In this document: piece by piece, positions 22,592 through 33,189 of the stretch
How the letters are laid out: every line of letters begins with the position of its first letter
Position numbering within the stretch: the first letter of the stretch is position 1
NCBI GenBank assembly: GCA_963804185.1
Contig: CAWDPM010000021.1
Location: 26,119-90,118, forward strand
Length of the DNA: 64,000 nucleotides
From: an uncultured Candidatus Rokubacteria bacterium
GTDB lineage: Bacteria; Methylomirabilota; Methylomirabilia; Rokubacteriales; DASRDR01
Direction of reading: 5' to 3'
Program-made: the position numbers and the translations under genes
Notes under the pieces: model-generated
Seen by the model: the letters and a program-made list of their open reading frames with translations, nothing else
Databases searched by the model: none
What the model was told of the DNA's origin: nothing

Positions 22592-22896
22592 GCCGTTCGC
22601 AAGCGCGTGTGGGGGCCGGCGCTCACGAAGGCCGGGCTCCGGCACGTGCGGATCTACAGCCTCCGCCACACGTTCGCGTCCATGCTGATCAGCCAGGCGA
22701 GAACATCAAGTACATCTCGACGCAGCTGGGGCACGCCTCCGTCCAGATCACGCTCGACCGATACGGGCACCTGTTCCCGGACGGGAAGCGGACCGCCGCG
22801 AGCCGGCTCGAGGCGCAACTTGCCGCGGCCGTTCCATCCAGCGGCTATCCAGCAGAACGAGCCGGAGCCCCCGGGAACGGCAAGAACAGCATGTAA
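22592..22896 (+). pseudogene. Tyrosine integrase C-terminal remnant
   Basis: RIYSLRHTFASMLI / ENIKYISTQLGHASVQITLDRYGHL, frameshifted. Confidence 0.85.
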
Positions 22897-23027
22897 GACG
22901 AAACCCCTTAGTGAAGACTGATGAAGCGGGACGATGCTGGAATCAGCCGGAAAACCCTGGAAAAGCCCGAGTGGGTTCAATTCCCACCGCCTCCACCATC
23001 CTCCTGACGCGGCAAGCACCGAGAGGA

Positions 23028-23063
23028 CAAAGGGCTCCAGAGATCCCTCTGGGGCCCTTGTTG
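23028..23063 (+). terminator. Hairpin after the right att repeat (likely original ssrA terminator)
   Basis: CAAAGGGCTCCAGAG-ATCC-CTCTGGGGCCCTTGTTG. Confidence 0.6.
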
Positions 23064-23151
23064 TTTCGATCCGGCGAGCGCGAGCCCCGCGCGCGTCGCG
23101 CGCGGAAACCTTGGGCTCCCCGAGCGCAGCGGCTAGAATGGGGGCTCGCCT

Positions 23152-24846
23152 ATGCTCAGGTGGGTCGCCCCGATCCTGGTGGTGGGGCTGCTGCTGACCG
23201 TCACGGCCGCGCGCGCGGAAGGCGCACCTGTCGCCGTCGAGATCAGCACGGCGTCCGGTGCGCGCCTGGGTCAGCTCGTCGGGGAGTGGCAAGGAAGCGC
23301 GACGTACTTCCCGCTGTTGGATGTCGCGCGTCTGGCGAGCGCGAGCACGCGCCGAGCTCCGGGAGGCGATCGGATCAGCCTGGTTACGCGCCACGGGGTG
23401 GTTCAATTGGCGAAGGACGCGCGGCAGATCAGCGTGGACGGCCGCGCAGTTTCACTCGCCGCGCCCGTTCGTGTACGCCGGGGAGCGTGGCGTGTCCCGG
23501 GCGACCTCCTGGTGCGTGGCCTCCCCACGCTCCTGGGCGCCGGCGTGCGCGTGACCCCCACCGAGATCCGCGAGGCGCGGCCGGTGCCGCCAGGTCTCGC
23601 GAAGCCGAGCGTGCGTCCCGCCGTCGCATCAGCCCCCCGCGCCGTTGCAGTGCCGGCGCTCGCGCCGCCCCGTCCGGTCCCGCCCGCCGGCGCCCCGTCG
23701 GCCGCGCTGGCCCCTGCGGAGCCGGTCGAGCCGGCGCGGCCCGAGGCCGAGAGTCCACGCGCCCCGGTGCGTCCCGCGGGCCGCTCTTCCGCGCGCGTGG
23801 AGCTGCGGATCCGCTCGTACCCTACCTACACGCGGATGGTCGTCGAGGCCGACGCCCCGCTCGAGCCGCGGCTCGTCGAGACCGAGGCCGGCCTGACTAT
23901 CGCGTTCCCCGAGGTGAACCCACGCGGGTGGACGGGCACCCGCACGGTGCGGGACGGGTTGGTGGCGACCGCCGAGCTCGGCGAGTCTCGCGGGGCGGCC
24001 TCCCTCCGGGTGGCGTTCGAACGTCAGCCCGCTGCCCGGAAGGTCTTCCGCCTGGAGGATCCGCCGCGCGTGGTGCTCGACTTCCACCGGCAGGCGCTTG
24101 GCGCGACCGCGCCGACACCCGGGGAGGCTGGGCCCGAGGCTCTCCGGACGATTGTGGTCGACCCCGGGCACGGCGGTCACGATGCCGGCGCCGTCGGGCC
24201 GACCGGACTTCAGGAGAAGGAGCTCACGCTCGACATCTCACGGCGCGTCGCCGCGCTGCTCCAGGAGGAGCTCGGAGTCCGCGTCGTGCTCACACGCGCG
24301 CGGGACCAGTTCCTGGGGCTCCGGGAGCGCACGGCGCTCGCTAACCGGGAGCGCGCGGACCTGTTCGTCTCCATCCATGTCAACGCCGCGCCGGGCGGCG
24401 CCGCAACGGGAACCGAGACCTACTTCCTCTCGAACGAGGCGACGGACGGCGCTGCGCGGCGGGCGGCGGAGTACGAGAACCGCCTGATCGGGGGCGACAC
24501 GCGGGCGCGGGGTGGCGCCCCGGACGTGCTGCGTTCGATCCTGTGGGACCTCGCGCAATCGGACTTCCAGCAGGAGTCGAGCCGGGTGGCGGAGGCGCTG
24601 CAGAACAACCTGGACCGCGCGCTTCGCCGCCCGAGCCGCGGTGTCAAGCAGGCTCCCTTCTACGTGCTGGGCGGCGCCGCCATGCCGGCCGTCCTCGTCG
24701 AGATCGGATTCATCTCGAACCCAGAGGACGAGCAGCGGCTCCGGGACGATGGCTACCGGGATCGGATCGCCCGGGCCCTCGCCGCCGGGGTGGCCGGATA
24801 CAAGCGGAGCTACGACCAGCGAGCGGGCGTGTTGGTGAAACGATGA
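23152..24846 (+). CDS. N-acetylmuramoyl-L-alanine amidase (AMIN-like + Amidase_3)
   Basis: Signal peptide, [32 protein letters not shown]. Confidence 0.92.
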   Translation: MLRWVAPILVVGLLLTVTAARAEGAPVAVEISTASGARLGQLVGEWQGSATYFPLLDVARLASASTRRAPGGDRISLVTRHGVVQLAKDARQISVDGRAVSLAAPVRVRRGAWRVPGDLLVRGLPTLLGAGVRVTPTEIREARPVPPGLAKPSVRPAVASAPRAVAVPALAPPRPVPPAGAPSAALAPAEPVEPARPEAESPRAPVRPAGRSSARVELRIRSYPTYTRMVVEADAPLEPRLVETEAGLTIAFPEVNPRGWTGTRTVRDGLVATAELGESRGAASLRVAFERQPAARKVFRLEDPPRVVLDFHRQALGATAPTPGEAGPEALRTIVVDPGHGGHDAGAVGPTGLQEKELTLDISRRVAALLQEELGVRVVLTRARDQFLGLRERTALANRERADLFVSIHVNAAPGGAATGTETYFLSNEATDGAARRAAEYENRLIGGDTRARGGAPDVLRSILWDLAQSDFQQESSRVAEALQNNLDRALRRPSRGVKQAPFYVLGGAAMPAVLVEIGFISNPEDEQRLRDDGYRDRIARALAAGVAGYKRSYDQRAGVLVKR

Positions 24847-25583
24847 CGCGGCACGACGGCCGCGGGCCGGAGGATCTGCGCCCGGTACGGCTCACGCGCC
24901 GGTACACCCGGCACGCGGAGGGGTCCGTCTTGGTCGAGGTCGGCGACACCCGCGTGATCTGCACCGCGTCGGTCGAGGATCGCGTACCGCCGTTTCTTCG
25001 CGGGAGCGGCCAGGGCTGGGTCACGGCGGAGTACGGGATGCTGCCGCGCGCCACGTCGACCCGAACGGGCCGCGAGGCAGGGCGGACGGGCGGCCGGACG
25101 CACGAGATCCAGCGGCTCGTCGGGCGCTCCCTGCGAGCAGTGATGCAGCTCAACCAGTTCGGCGAGCGCACGGTCACCGTCGACTGCGACGTCATCCAGG
25201 CCGACGGTGGGACCCGGACGGCGGCGATCACGGGCGGGTACGTGGCGCTCGCCGACGCCATCCAGCACCTCCGCGACAGTAGCCGCCTCCTGGGGGAGCC
25301 CTTGCGGGACCTCGTCGCCGCGACCAGCGTCGGGGTCGTCGGGGGAAACCCGGTGGTCGACCTAGACTACGCGGAGGACTCGACGGCCGAGGTGGACATG
25401 AACGTCGTGATGACGGGGGCCGAGCGCTTCGTCGAGGTGCAGGGGACCGCCGAGCGCACGCCCTTCGACCAGGCGCAGCTCGACGGCCTCCTCGGGCTCG
25501 CCCGTCGGGGTCTGGCCCGGCTCCTCGCCTTCCAGCGGCGGGCGCTCGCCGACCGAAAGGCAGCCGTCTTCACGCTGCCGTGA
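24843..25583 (+). CDS. rph: Ribonuclease PH
   Basis: [39 protein letters not shown]. Confidence 0.97.
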   Translation: MTRHDGRGPEDLRPVRLTRRYTRHAEGSVLVEVGDTRVICTASVEDRVPPFLRGSGQGWVTAEYGMLPRATSTRTGREAGRTGGRTHEIQRLVGRSLRAVMQLNQFGERTVTVDCDVIQADGGTRTAAITGGYVALADAIQHLRDSSRLLGEPLRDLVAATSVGVVGGNPVVDLDYAEDSTAEVDMNVVMTGAERFVEVQGTAERTPFDQAQLDGLLGLARRGLARLLAFQRRALADRKAAVFTLP

Positions 25584-26191
25584 CGCCGCGGCTCGTCCTG
25601 GCCACGGCGAATCCGGAAAAGGTCCGAGAGTTTCGCCCGCTGCTCGGCGGTCTCGGCTACACGATCGTTTCGCTGTGGGAGCTCAGCGACGTGCGGCTCC
25701 CGCCCGAGGGCGAGACCAGCTACGCGGACAACGCGCTCGCGAAGGCCCGGGCCGTGACGGCCGCGACGCCGGCAGTGGCGCTTGGGGACGACTCTGGCCT
25801 CGAGGTGGACGCGCTCGGTGGCCGGCCGGGCGTGGCCTCGGCGCGCTACGGAGGTCCGGGGCTCACTGGCGCGGAGCGCATCGCGCGGCTCCTCGCGGAG
25901 CTGGGACCGACGCGGTCGCGCGGGGCCCGTTTCCGGTGCGCTATTGCGCTGGTCGCGCCGTGGGGAGAAGAAGCCCTGGTCGAGGGCGTCGTGGACGGCG
26001 TCCTCACCGGGGCGCCACGCGGGACCGGGGGGTTCGGGTACGACCCAGTGTTCCTCGTCCCCGGGCTCGGACGGACCTTCGGCGAGCTGACGGACAGCGA
26101 AAAGGAGCGACTGAGTCACCGGGCTCGCGCCGTAGCGGCGGCGCGACCGATCCTCGCTCGCTGGGCCGCGCGGCTCCGGGAACTCGGCTAG
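25580..26191 (+). CDS. rdgB: dITP/XTP pyrophosphatase
   Basis: [26 protein letters not shown]; follows rph. Confidence 0.95.
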   Translation: MTPRLVLATANPEKVREFRPLLGGLGYTIVSLWELSDVRLPPEGETSYADNALAKARAVTAATPAVALGDDSGLEVDALGGRPGVASARYGGPGLTGAERIARLLAELGPTRSRGARFRCAIALVAPWGEEALVEGVVDGVLTGAPRGTGGFGYDPVFLVPGLGRTFGELTDSEKERLSHRARAVAAARPILARWAARLRELG

Positions 26192-27135
26192 CACTGCGCC
26201 ACATCCCCCGCCCCGCCGCGCTTCGGTGCGCAGCGTGCGGTCTGCCGGAAGACGGCGTCTCCTCGCGGCGGCAGTGCCTGTCGGCGCTCGAGCATCCGAA
26301 GAATCCAGCAGGCCCCCGCCGCGGACGCGAGGTGCTTCCACGTGTGGCCGCTCACTGCGATCAGGCTGAAGATGGCGCGATCGAAGTGCTCGAATACCTT
26401 TGCCAGCGCGTACCAGCCGATCGCCGCGACGAGATCCGTCGTCCGCGTGTAGCGGGCCGGGAACAGGGCCAGGATCAGCGGGATCAGCACCATGCTACCG
26501 AACTGGACCAGGGCGTAGGGGCGGAGGTCGCCGTGACCGCGCTGCTCACCGACGTGCCAGTAGAGCGTGCTCGCGGCGCCGACGATCAGCAGCGGCCACA
26601 GGCCCCTTGCCCCGGCGCGTAGGCTGATCCGCTCGCCGAGCACGCTCGCGAAGAGCGCCATGAAGGCGATCGTCATCGGCAAGCGATCCCAGAAGAGAGT
26701 CGTGTTGTCCGGCCGCCAGTGATAGTAGGCGGAGCCGATTCCGGTCAGCGCGATGCCGGCGAAGAAGACCCAGTAGGGCTGGCGCTCGCCTGGCGTGAGG
26801 AACGCCGCGGCGCCCCCATGCCGGCGATCACGGTGCAGGAACCGGAGTCCCAGCGCGCCGACTAGCAGGAAGGGCAGGTTCGAGGCGACGTTGAGTACGT
26901 TGGGGATGCCGGCGGCCGCCCGCCGATCGGCGAAGTCGTGGTACGCGGGATCCTGCGGGATGGGCGGCGCCAGCGCCACCCCGAGAACCATGAGGACGAC
27001 CAGCGCTTGGAGCAGCCAAACGCGCCGGCGTCCGGCGCGGGCCTCCGGGCCGGCGTCACGCGCCCGGCGCTGGCTACCTGGCAACCGGGCATCGCCGGAT
27101 GGCCCCTGCGTCCAGGCGTCACCGCTCGTCGTCAC
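26188..27135 (-). CDS. Ceramidase-like (CREST) membrane protein; start uncertain
   Basis: YHDFADRR, NVASNLPF, GSAYYH, WDRLPM, SGHTWKH. Confidence 0.78.
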   Translation of the reverse strand: MTTSGDAWTQGPSGDARLPGSQRRARDAGPEARAGRRRVWLLQALVVLMVLGVALAPPIPQDPAYHDFADRRAAAGIPNVLNVASNLPFLLVGALGLRFLHRDRRHGGAAAFLTPGERQPYWVFFAGIALTGIGSAYYHWRPDNTTLFWDRLPMTIAFMALFASVLGERISLRAGARGLWPLLIVGAASTLYWHVGEQRGHGDLRPYALVQFGSMVLIPLILALFPARYTRTTDLVAAIGWYALAKVFEHFDRAIFSLIAVSGHTWKHLASAAGACWILRMLERRQALPPRGDAVFRQTARCAPKRGGAGDVAQC

Positions 27136-27216
27136 ATCGCCGACTGTACCTCGGAGGGGCCTCACCCCAGTCGGGCCACTCGCCCGCGCCGCGGGGTGGT
27201 AGGATTGCTCGCCGTC

Positions 27217-27888
27217 GTGGATGCTGATCGGTTCAACCGGACGCTGCCGAAGCTGTTTGACGCCTACCCGCGCTCGAAGCACCCGCGGGACCGGCGCTTT
27301 GCGGCCATCCTGGCGGAGGTCGGCGGGCTCGCCCGTGAGAACAACCTCGCGCTCCTGAACCTGGCCGCGTCGCTCCTCGGCCCGGGGGAAAGCTACGTCG
27401 AGGTCGGCTCGTTCAAGGGGCTCAGCCTGATCGCGGCGATGCTGGGCAACCCGGGGGATTTCGTCGGCATCGACAACTTCTCCCTCGGAGAGGGCAGCCG
27501 CAAGGTTCTGGACGCGAACCTGCGCCGTCGTGGCCTGACGGGCTACGTCATGCTCGAGGGCGATGCCTTCGAGCTCCTGCGCGGCGGCGTGCTGGCCCGT
27601 CGGCGCGTGGGTGTCTACTACTACGACGCGGCGCATGACTACGCCTCCCAGGTCGAGGGGCTCCGGCTCATCGAGCCGTACCTCGCGGACGACGCCCTGC
27701 TGATCGTCGACGACACGGACTGGGAGCAGGTCGCGCGGGCGACGCGTGACTACCTGGCCGCCCAGCCGAGGGCGGAGCTGCTCGTCAAGCTCGACGGCAA
27801 GGACCGCGGGCAGCCCTGGTGGTGGGAAGGCGTCCAGGTGCTGCGCTGGCACCGGCCGCCGCGCGGCGCCAAACCTTCAGGACTTTGA
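27217..27888 (+). CDS. Class I SAM-dependent methyltransferase (Methyltransf_24-like)
   Basis: YVEVGSFKGLS, YYYDAAHDY, LIVDD. Confidence 0.8.
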   Translation: MDADRFNRTLPKLFDAYPRSKHPRDRRFAAILAEVGGLARENNLALLNLAASLLGPGESYVEVGSFKGLSLIAAMLGNPGDFVGIDNFSLGEGSRKVLDANLRRRGLTGYVMLEGDAFELLRGGVLARRRVGVYYYDAAHDYASQVEGLRLIEPYLADDALLIVDDTDWEQVARATRDYLAAQPRAELLVKLDGKDRGQPWWWEGVQVLRWHRPPRGAKPSGL

Positions 27889-28039
27889 CCGCCCCCTACA
27901 CCCGACGCCGTACTCTTCTCCCTGGTCGTGGAGTACCGCGCAAAGGGAGCGACGGAACGGCGCGGCCGCGGCTTGTCGGCCGCAGGGGTTAACGGGCGGC
28001 CGGCCAGCCGCTCGGGGAGGTAGTGTAGGATAAGCCGGT

Positions 28040-28116
28040 CGGGGCGTGGCGCAGCCTGGTAGCGCGCCTGCCTTGGGAGCAGGAGGTCGGCCGTTCAAAT
28101 CGGCTCGCCCCGACCA
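28040..28116 (+). tRNA. tRNA-Pro(TGG)
   Basis: CGGGGCGTGGCGCAGCCTGGTAGCGC, CCTGC-CTTGGGA-GCAGG, GTTCAAATC, CCA. Confidence 0.95.
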
Positions 28117-28230
28117 TCTCGCCCATCTCGGCCGTCCAACCCGCGCACGAGGGCCCGGCAAGCCGGTGTGCCGCCCACGCCTCCCCCGGCAGGTCCGCCG
28201 AGAGGGCCATGCTAGGGTAGAGGGACGCGC

Positions 28231-28274
28231 GCGCCTGTAGCTCAGTCGGATAGAGCAACGGCCTTCTAAGCGTT
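28231..28274 (+). pseudogene. 5' half of tRNA-Arg(TCT), truncated after the anticodon
   Basis: GCGCCTGTAGCTCAGTCGGATAGAGCAACGGCCTTCTAAGCG; no T-arm or acceptor 3' strand follows. Confidence 0.85.
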
Positions 28275-28285
28275 GGCTGAGTGTG

Positions 28286-28324
28286 AACCCGCCGGTAACT
28301 CCGCAACTTACCGGCGGGTTTTTA
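28286..28324 (+). terminator. Intrinsic terminator-like hairpin
   Basis: 13-bp perfect stem AACCCGCCGGTAA/TTACCGGCGGGTT followed by a T-run. Confidence 0.7.
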
Positions 28325-28572
28325 ATTGCCTGCTTGGGTGGCGGTGGGCGGTTTGGCGTAGAATCCGGGCGGTCGCGGGCACAGTTTCGGGCAAAGTGTC
28401 AGGCCGGTCGTGGAGCGGTAGTGACCGGCATGGTGCCCGAGCTCGTTAGGGGGCTCGACGCCACCATGGCTGGTTGTCGTCCCGCTGCCCGTCGGATTGG
28501 CAATCCAGCAGACCGTCGAGCAAATGACCGGAAAGCGAGGCCGCTAGCGCCCGCCCCATCCCCGGGGCCCGC

Positions 28573-29478
28573 TCACACCTGTCCCGACCACGACGCAGTG
28601 GCGACCGCTCGCCAGCGGGCCCGGATCGCCTCGACCTCGGCCGCGGGCAGCGGCCCCGCCCGCAGGAGGGCCGCGTTCGCTTGCCATCGATCGGGCCGGG
28701 TCGTCCCGACGATGGCCGTGTGGACGCCGGGGACCGCGAGCGTGAAGCGCAGGGCCGTGGCCACCCCCGCCGCGCTCTCGTCCCGCAGGAAGCCGTAGTC
28801 GAGTGCGCGCAGGCGCGACCAGTACGTCTGGTAGTACGCCTCGGCGGGCTTCCGCGAGTGGCGCCAGGCGACGTTCGCCAGGGGCCGCTTGGCGATGACG
28901 CCCATCCCGCGCTCGCGGGCCAGCGGCAGCGTGAGCTCGATGGCCTCCTGGTCCGCGATGCTGATCGAGGTCTGGAGCGTGTCGAAGCGCCCGCACTCCA
29001 CGGCATGGCGCGCGGCCTCGCCGTCGCCGCTGTAGCCGATGTAGCGGGTCAGCCCGCGCTCCCGGGCGCGCTCGAGCGCGTCGATGACGTCGCCCTTGCG
29101 GAGCTCGGCCAACGAGCAGCTGTGGAGCTGGATCAGGTCGACGTGATCGGTGCCGAGCCGCCCGAGGCTCCGCTCGATGCTCCGGAGGAGCGCGGCGGGG
29201 CGCCAATCCGCCCGGCCCCAGCCGCCTGCGTGCCCGCACTTGGTGAAGAGGGCGACCTCGTGGCGACGGGGCCCGATCGCCTTGCCGACGAGGACCTCGC
29301 TGTCCTCGTAGCACTCGGCCGTGTCGATCACGGTGAGCCCGGCGTCCAGCGCGCTCCCGAGCAGGCGCCCGACCGTGCGAGCCGCGACCCGCTGGTAGCC
29401 GATCTCGGATCCCCCGAAGCCCAGCACGCTGGCCTGGATATCGGTGCGGCCGAGGCGCCGGCGCTCGATCGTGCCCAT
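28573..29478 (-). CDS. Aldo/keto reductase
   Basis: IDTAECY, LFTKCG, SLGRLGTDHVDLIQLH, IGYSG. Confidence 0.92.
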   Translation of the reverse strand: MGTIERRRLGRTDIQASVLGFGGSEIGYQRVAARTVGRLLGSALDAGLTVIDTAECYEDSEVLVGKAIGPRRHEVALFTKCGHAGGWGRADWRPAALLRSIERSLGRLGTDHVDLIQLHSCSLAELRKGDVIDALERARERGLTRYIGYSGDGEAARHAVECGRFDTLQTSISIADQEAIELTLPLARERGMGVIAKRPLANVAWRHSRKPAEAYYQTYWSRLRALDYGFLRDESAAGVATALRFTLAVPGVHTAIVGTTRPDRWQANAALLRAGPLPAAEVEAIRARWRAVATASWSGQV

Positions 29479-29764
29479 GGGACGCTAGAATGCGACGCCG
29501 CGAGCCCGGAGTCCACCGGGCTCGGTGCGTGCCGGCGGTCGCGGCCGGCCCGGCCCCGCCGCCCCCACGCCGGGGTCGCGCGTTTGCTATCCTCCCGGTG
29601 GCACTTCTGCTCGGGAAACAGGCTTTGCACCGCCTCGTGGACCAGGAGGAGTAGTTGCTTGCCCTCCTCGAGCCCCAACTCCCTGAGACTGTCCCGCAGC
29701 CCGTCGACGGTTTGCGAATACAGGCCGCCTTGGTGAACGATACCTACGCGATAGATGCGGGGCT

Positions 29765-29890
29765 GTTACGCCTCGACCGTGAGCGGCGCGGCGAGGAGAC
29801 CGAAGCTCCCAGCGACGAACGCTCGTCTTTTCATCACTGGATGACTTCATCCGCCCGCGCGAGCACGGAGGACGGGATCGTCAGACCGAC
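29765..29890 (-). pseudogene. SBP-SBP junction remnant (C-terminus of one, signal peptide of the next)
   Basis: GLTIPSSVLARADEVIQ* then MKRRAFVAGSFGLLAAPLTVEA*. Confidence 0.75.
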
Positions 29891-30159
29891 GCTCCGGTCC
29901 CCTTCGTCGCCGGGGAGCACACGGGGCATCGCTGGTTCCACGGGAGCGCACACCCGTGACCGTCATGGAACCAGTGGCGGTCACACCCGTCACAGTAGTG
30001 ATCATGGCGCGGAAGAGGGGGCGGCTTCCGTCGGCGGCCCCATCGCTGGACTATCCGATCACGGGCCACGCCCCAGTACCAGGGCATGCTGAAGATGCGC
30101 AGACGACTGATGCGAACGGACCAGTCACGTCTGAACGGATTGCGCCCACGAGGTCGCAT
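29881..30159 (-). CDS. Small Cys/His-rich hypothetical protein
   Basis: HDHYCDGCDRHWFH..C..CPVC pattern; start uncertain. Confidence 0.5.
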   Translation of the reverse strand: MRPRGRNPFRRDWSVRISRLRIFSMPWYWGVARDRIVQRWGRRRKPPPLPRHDHYCDGCDRHWFHDGHGCALPWNQRCPVCSPATKGTGASV

Positions 30160-30175
30160 AAGCGGGCGCCCTTGC

Positions 30176-31153
30176 CTACTGGATGAGCTCATCCGCCCGC
30201 GCCAGCACCGAGGGCGGGATCGTGAGGCCGAGGGTCTTGGCCGTCTGCAAGTTGATCACCAGTTCGACCTTCGTCGGCTGCTCGACGGGGAGGTTAGCGG
30301 GGTTTGCGCCCTTAAAGATCTTGTCGGCGAAGCCGGCGGCGCGGCGATACACGTCGGCGTAGTTCACGCCGTAGGCGAGCAACCCGCCGACATACTCCCT
30401 CGATGCGTACATGGCCGGCAGCTGATGCTTGGCTGCCAGGTCGACGATGACCCGCTGATTCGCCAGGGTGAGCGTGTCGAGCCCCACGATCAACGCGTCA
30501 GCACGCTGCCGAATGGCGGCATCGAACGCCGGCCCGAGATCCTCGGGCTTTCGCGCGTCGAGAAGCTGGGGTTGCAGGCCCAAGGATCGCACCGCCGTCT
30601 CCACCTCTTTCCACTGAGGCGGGATGGCTGGGTTGCCCATGTTGAAGAGGGCCGCGATCCGTGTGGCTTTCGGAACCAGCTCCTTGAGCAGCTCGACGCG
30701 TTTCGGATAGGTCTCCATGACAATGGGGCTCAGGCCCGTAACATTCGCGCCGGGGCGTGCGAGGCTCGCGACGAGGCCCTGCGCGACGGGATCGCCCACC
30801 CCCGTGATGACCACGGGAATCGTACCCGAAGCATTCTTGGCCGCCAGCACCGCTGGCGTTCCTCTCGCAAGGATCATGTCCACCTTCAGTCGGACCAGGT
30901 CCGCCGCCAGGCTGGGGAACCGTTCGTCGCGGCCCTCGGCCGACCGGTACTCGATGACGAACTGCTTCCCTTCCACGTACCCTAGTGCCCGGAGCCCTTG
31001 TCGGAAGCCCTCGAGGTTGCCGGCATTCGTCTCTGGCGACGTTCTCTCGAGCATGCCGATGCGATAGACCTTCCCCGGCGGCTGCGCCTCGGTGGGGAGC
31101 GGCGCGGCGAGGAGGGCCAGGGCGAGGTAAGCGACCATTGAAACTCGCGTCAT
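30176..31153 (-). CDS. ABC_sub_bind family substrate-binding protein
   Basis: Signal peptide, KVYRIG, SLARPGANVTG, EQPTKVELVINL..GLTIPPSVLARADE. Confidence 0.9.
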   Translation of the reverse strand: MTRVSMVAYLALALLAAPLPTEAQPPGKVYRIGMLERTSPETNAGNLEGFRQGLRALGYVEGKQFVIEYRSAEGRDERFPSLAADLVRLKVDMILARGTPAVLAAKNASGTIPVVITGVGDPVAQGLVASLARPGANVTGLSPIVMETYPKRVELLKELVPKATRIAALFNMGNPAIPPQWKEVETAVRSLGLQPQLLDARKPEDLGPAFDAAIRQRADALIVGLDTLTLANQRVIVDLAAKHQLPAMYASREYVGGLLAYGVNYADVYRRAAGFADKIFKGANPANLPVEQPTKVELVINLQTAKTLGLTIPPSVLARADELIQ

Positions 31154-31299
31154 GGGTCACCTCCGACGCACACCGCTTCCGCCTTCTCGAGCCAGAAGCC
31201 CATGCCCATCTCGCGGCGGCGGGCCGTGGCGCGATCGAGGTTCGCTCAGGCTCCGCGGGGCGGGCGCTCGAGGCCGGGGAGAGCCCTTCGCGAGCGGTC

Positions 31300-32898
31300 C
31301 TACGTGATCTTCACGTTCCAGAAGACCGGCGCGGTGAACTTGAGAATACCCTGGACCTCCTTGCGGAAGGCCGTCGGCTGGAACCATTCACCCCACGGGA
31401 CGTACGTCACCTCGTCGAGAGCGACCTTCTGGATCTCCTCGGCGAGCTGCCTGCGCTTCGCCTGATCGGTCGCGCGTACCCAGTCGGTGGTGAGCTTCTC
31501 GAGCTGCGGAACCTCGGGCCAGCCGAACCAGGCGCCCGGGCCGGCGCCCGCCACGCCGTAGTGGACGACCGGGTTGAACACGTCCGCCGCGGCCCACCAG
31601 GTGTGCACGATGTTCCAGCCGCCCTTGTCGGGCGGCTCCTTGCGGGCGCGCACGGCGAGGTGCGACGACCAATCCATCGGTTTGAGGACAACGTTGAAGC
31701 CGATGGACTCGAGCCGCTGGCGCGTGACGATCGCCGCGGCGTTGATGAACGACACATCGATGGCCTGGATCACCACGACGGGCCGGCCATCGTAGCCCGA
31801 CTCCTTCACGAGCTGCCTTGCCCGGTCGAGGTCGTGTTTCATCATCGGCTCGGCGCCGGTCTGCGTGAAGTGGGGACCACCGCAGGCGAAGACCGAATAG
31901 CAGGGTCGGTAATACTTCGACTGCCCGTGAGCCCAAGCAAGATATGTCACCTGATCCATCATGTGGAGCAGTGCTTGGCGCGCCTTCTTGTTGTTGAACG
32001 GCGGGTGCAGGTGGTTCGGCCGGAGCCAGCCCTGGGTCCCGAGGGGATCGACGAGGAACGTCCGCAGAGCCGGGTTCTGCTCGATCTTCGGGATGAAGTC
32101 GAGCGGTGGCAGCTCCCACCAGTCGACGTCGCCCGCGGCGAGGGCGTCCGCCGCGTCCGCGGGGTCGGGGATGTATCGCCAGACCACCTTGTCGAGATAC
32201 ACTTTCTTGCCGCCCGTCGAGCCGCTCGGCTCCTCGTCGCGCGGGACGTAGTCGGGGTTCCGCACGTACACGACCTGCTTGCCCGGTTGCCACTCGTCCC
32301 TCGCGAACTTGAACGGTCCCGAGCCCACGACCTCCTTGAGCTGCTCGTCCGGCGAGGTGGCGGCGATCCGCGCCGGCATTATGAAGGGCACGTTGTTCGA
32401 CGGCTTTCCCAGCGCGTCGAGCACAGGGCCGAAGGGCTCGGCAAGCTCGAGTGTGAACGTCTTCTGGTCGACGGGCCGGATCTTCCCCGTGTGCGCCATG
32501 AGGAGCCGGCCGAAGCGATCCTTCTTGCCCCAGCGCTTGAGGGACTCGACGCAGTCTTCCGACCGGACCGGCTGCCCGTCGTGCCACCGGAGGCCGGCGC
32601 GCAACGTGAACGTGTACTTCATGCCGTCCGCCGATACGGTGGAGTGCTCGACCATCTGCGGCCGGATCTGGAGCTGTTCGTCGGTGCCAAAGAGGGTATC
32701 GTACACCAGGTACCCGTGGTTACGCGTGATGTAGGCGGTCGTCCAGACGGGATCCAGGACCTTCAGGTCGGCCTGCGCCACGAACCGGAGAGTCCGACGA
32801 CCCTTCTGGGCGTGGACCGCTGGCGCCCCGAGCGTCACGGCAGCGGCCGTCGCGGCCGCGCCTCCGAGAATCTGTCGGCGATTGAGATGATTCATCAC
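31300..32898 (-). CDS. Peptide/nickel (family 5) ABC substrate-binding protein with Tat signal
   Basis: NRRQILGG twin-arginine, LDPVWTTAYITRNHGYLVYDTLF, GSGPFKF. Confidence 0.9.
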   Translation of the reverse strand: MMNHLNRRQILGGAAATAAAVTLGAPAVHAQKGRRTLRFVAQADLKVLDPVWTTAYITRNHGYLVYDTLFGTDEQLQIRPQMVEHSTVSADGMKYTFTLRAGLRWHDGQPVRSEDCVESLKRWGKKDRFGRLLMAHTGKIRPVDQKTFTLELAEPFGPVLDALGKPSNNVPFIMPARIAATSPDEQLKEVVGSGPFKFARDEWQPGKQVVYVRNPDYVPRDEEPSGSTGGKKVYLDKVVWRYIPDPADAADALAAGDVDWWELPPLDFIPKIEQNPALRTFLVDPLGTQGWLRPNHLHPPFNNKKARQALLHMMDQVTYLAWAHGQSKYYRPCYSVFACGGPHFTQTGAEPMMKHDLDRARQLVKESGYDGRPVVVIQAIDVSFINAAAIVTRQRLESIGFNVVLKPMDWSSHLAVRARKEPPDKGGWNIVHTWWAAADVFNPVVHYGVAGAGPGAWFGWPEVPQLEKLTTDWVRATDQAKRRQLAEEIQKVALDEVTYVPWGEWFQPTAFRKEVQGILKFTAPVFWNVKIT

Positions 32899-33189
32899 AC
32901 GCTCCGTCTACGGGGTCTCGGGCTCGCGGAGAATCGATTCTGCAGCATGGATCCTAGGCGGTGCAAAGCCTGTTTCCCGCCCCCCCCGATCCCGCCCCGT
33001 CAGCCCAGCGGGCGCATTCCCCGGGGTGACCGGACTCTAGCGCGCGGCAGGCCGGCCCGGCAAGGCGCAGAGCGGGCCCAGAGCGGGCCGGGACGGACTC
33101 GGGGAGACGTAGGTGAGAACCGGCTCCCACGGGTCGGCGGGCAGACTGGAACGGCGGCGGCTGGGGGTGGACGCCGGAACCGACGGCGG

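Larger units (their letters stand above)
18994..23002. mobile_element. ~4 kb decayed genomic island integrated at the tmRNA 3' end
   Basis: 32-bp direct repeat GTGGGTTCAATTCCCACCGCCTCCACCATCCT at 18994-19025 and 22971-23002; integrase remnant next to the right repeat. Confidence 0.9.
29612..32979. repeat. Perfect 24-bp inverted repeat pair (29612-29635 and 32956-32979)
   Basis: CGGGAAACAGGCTTTGCACCGCCT and its exact reverse complement. Confidence 0.8.
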
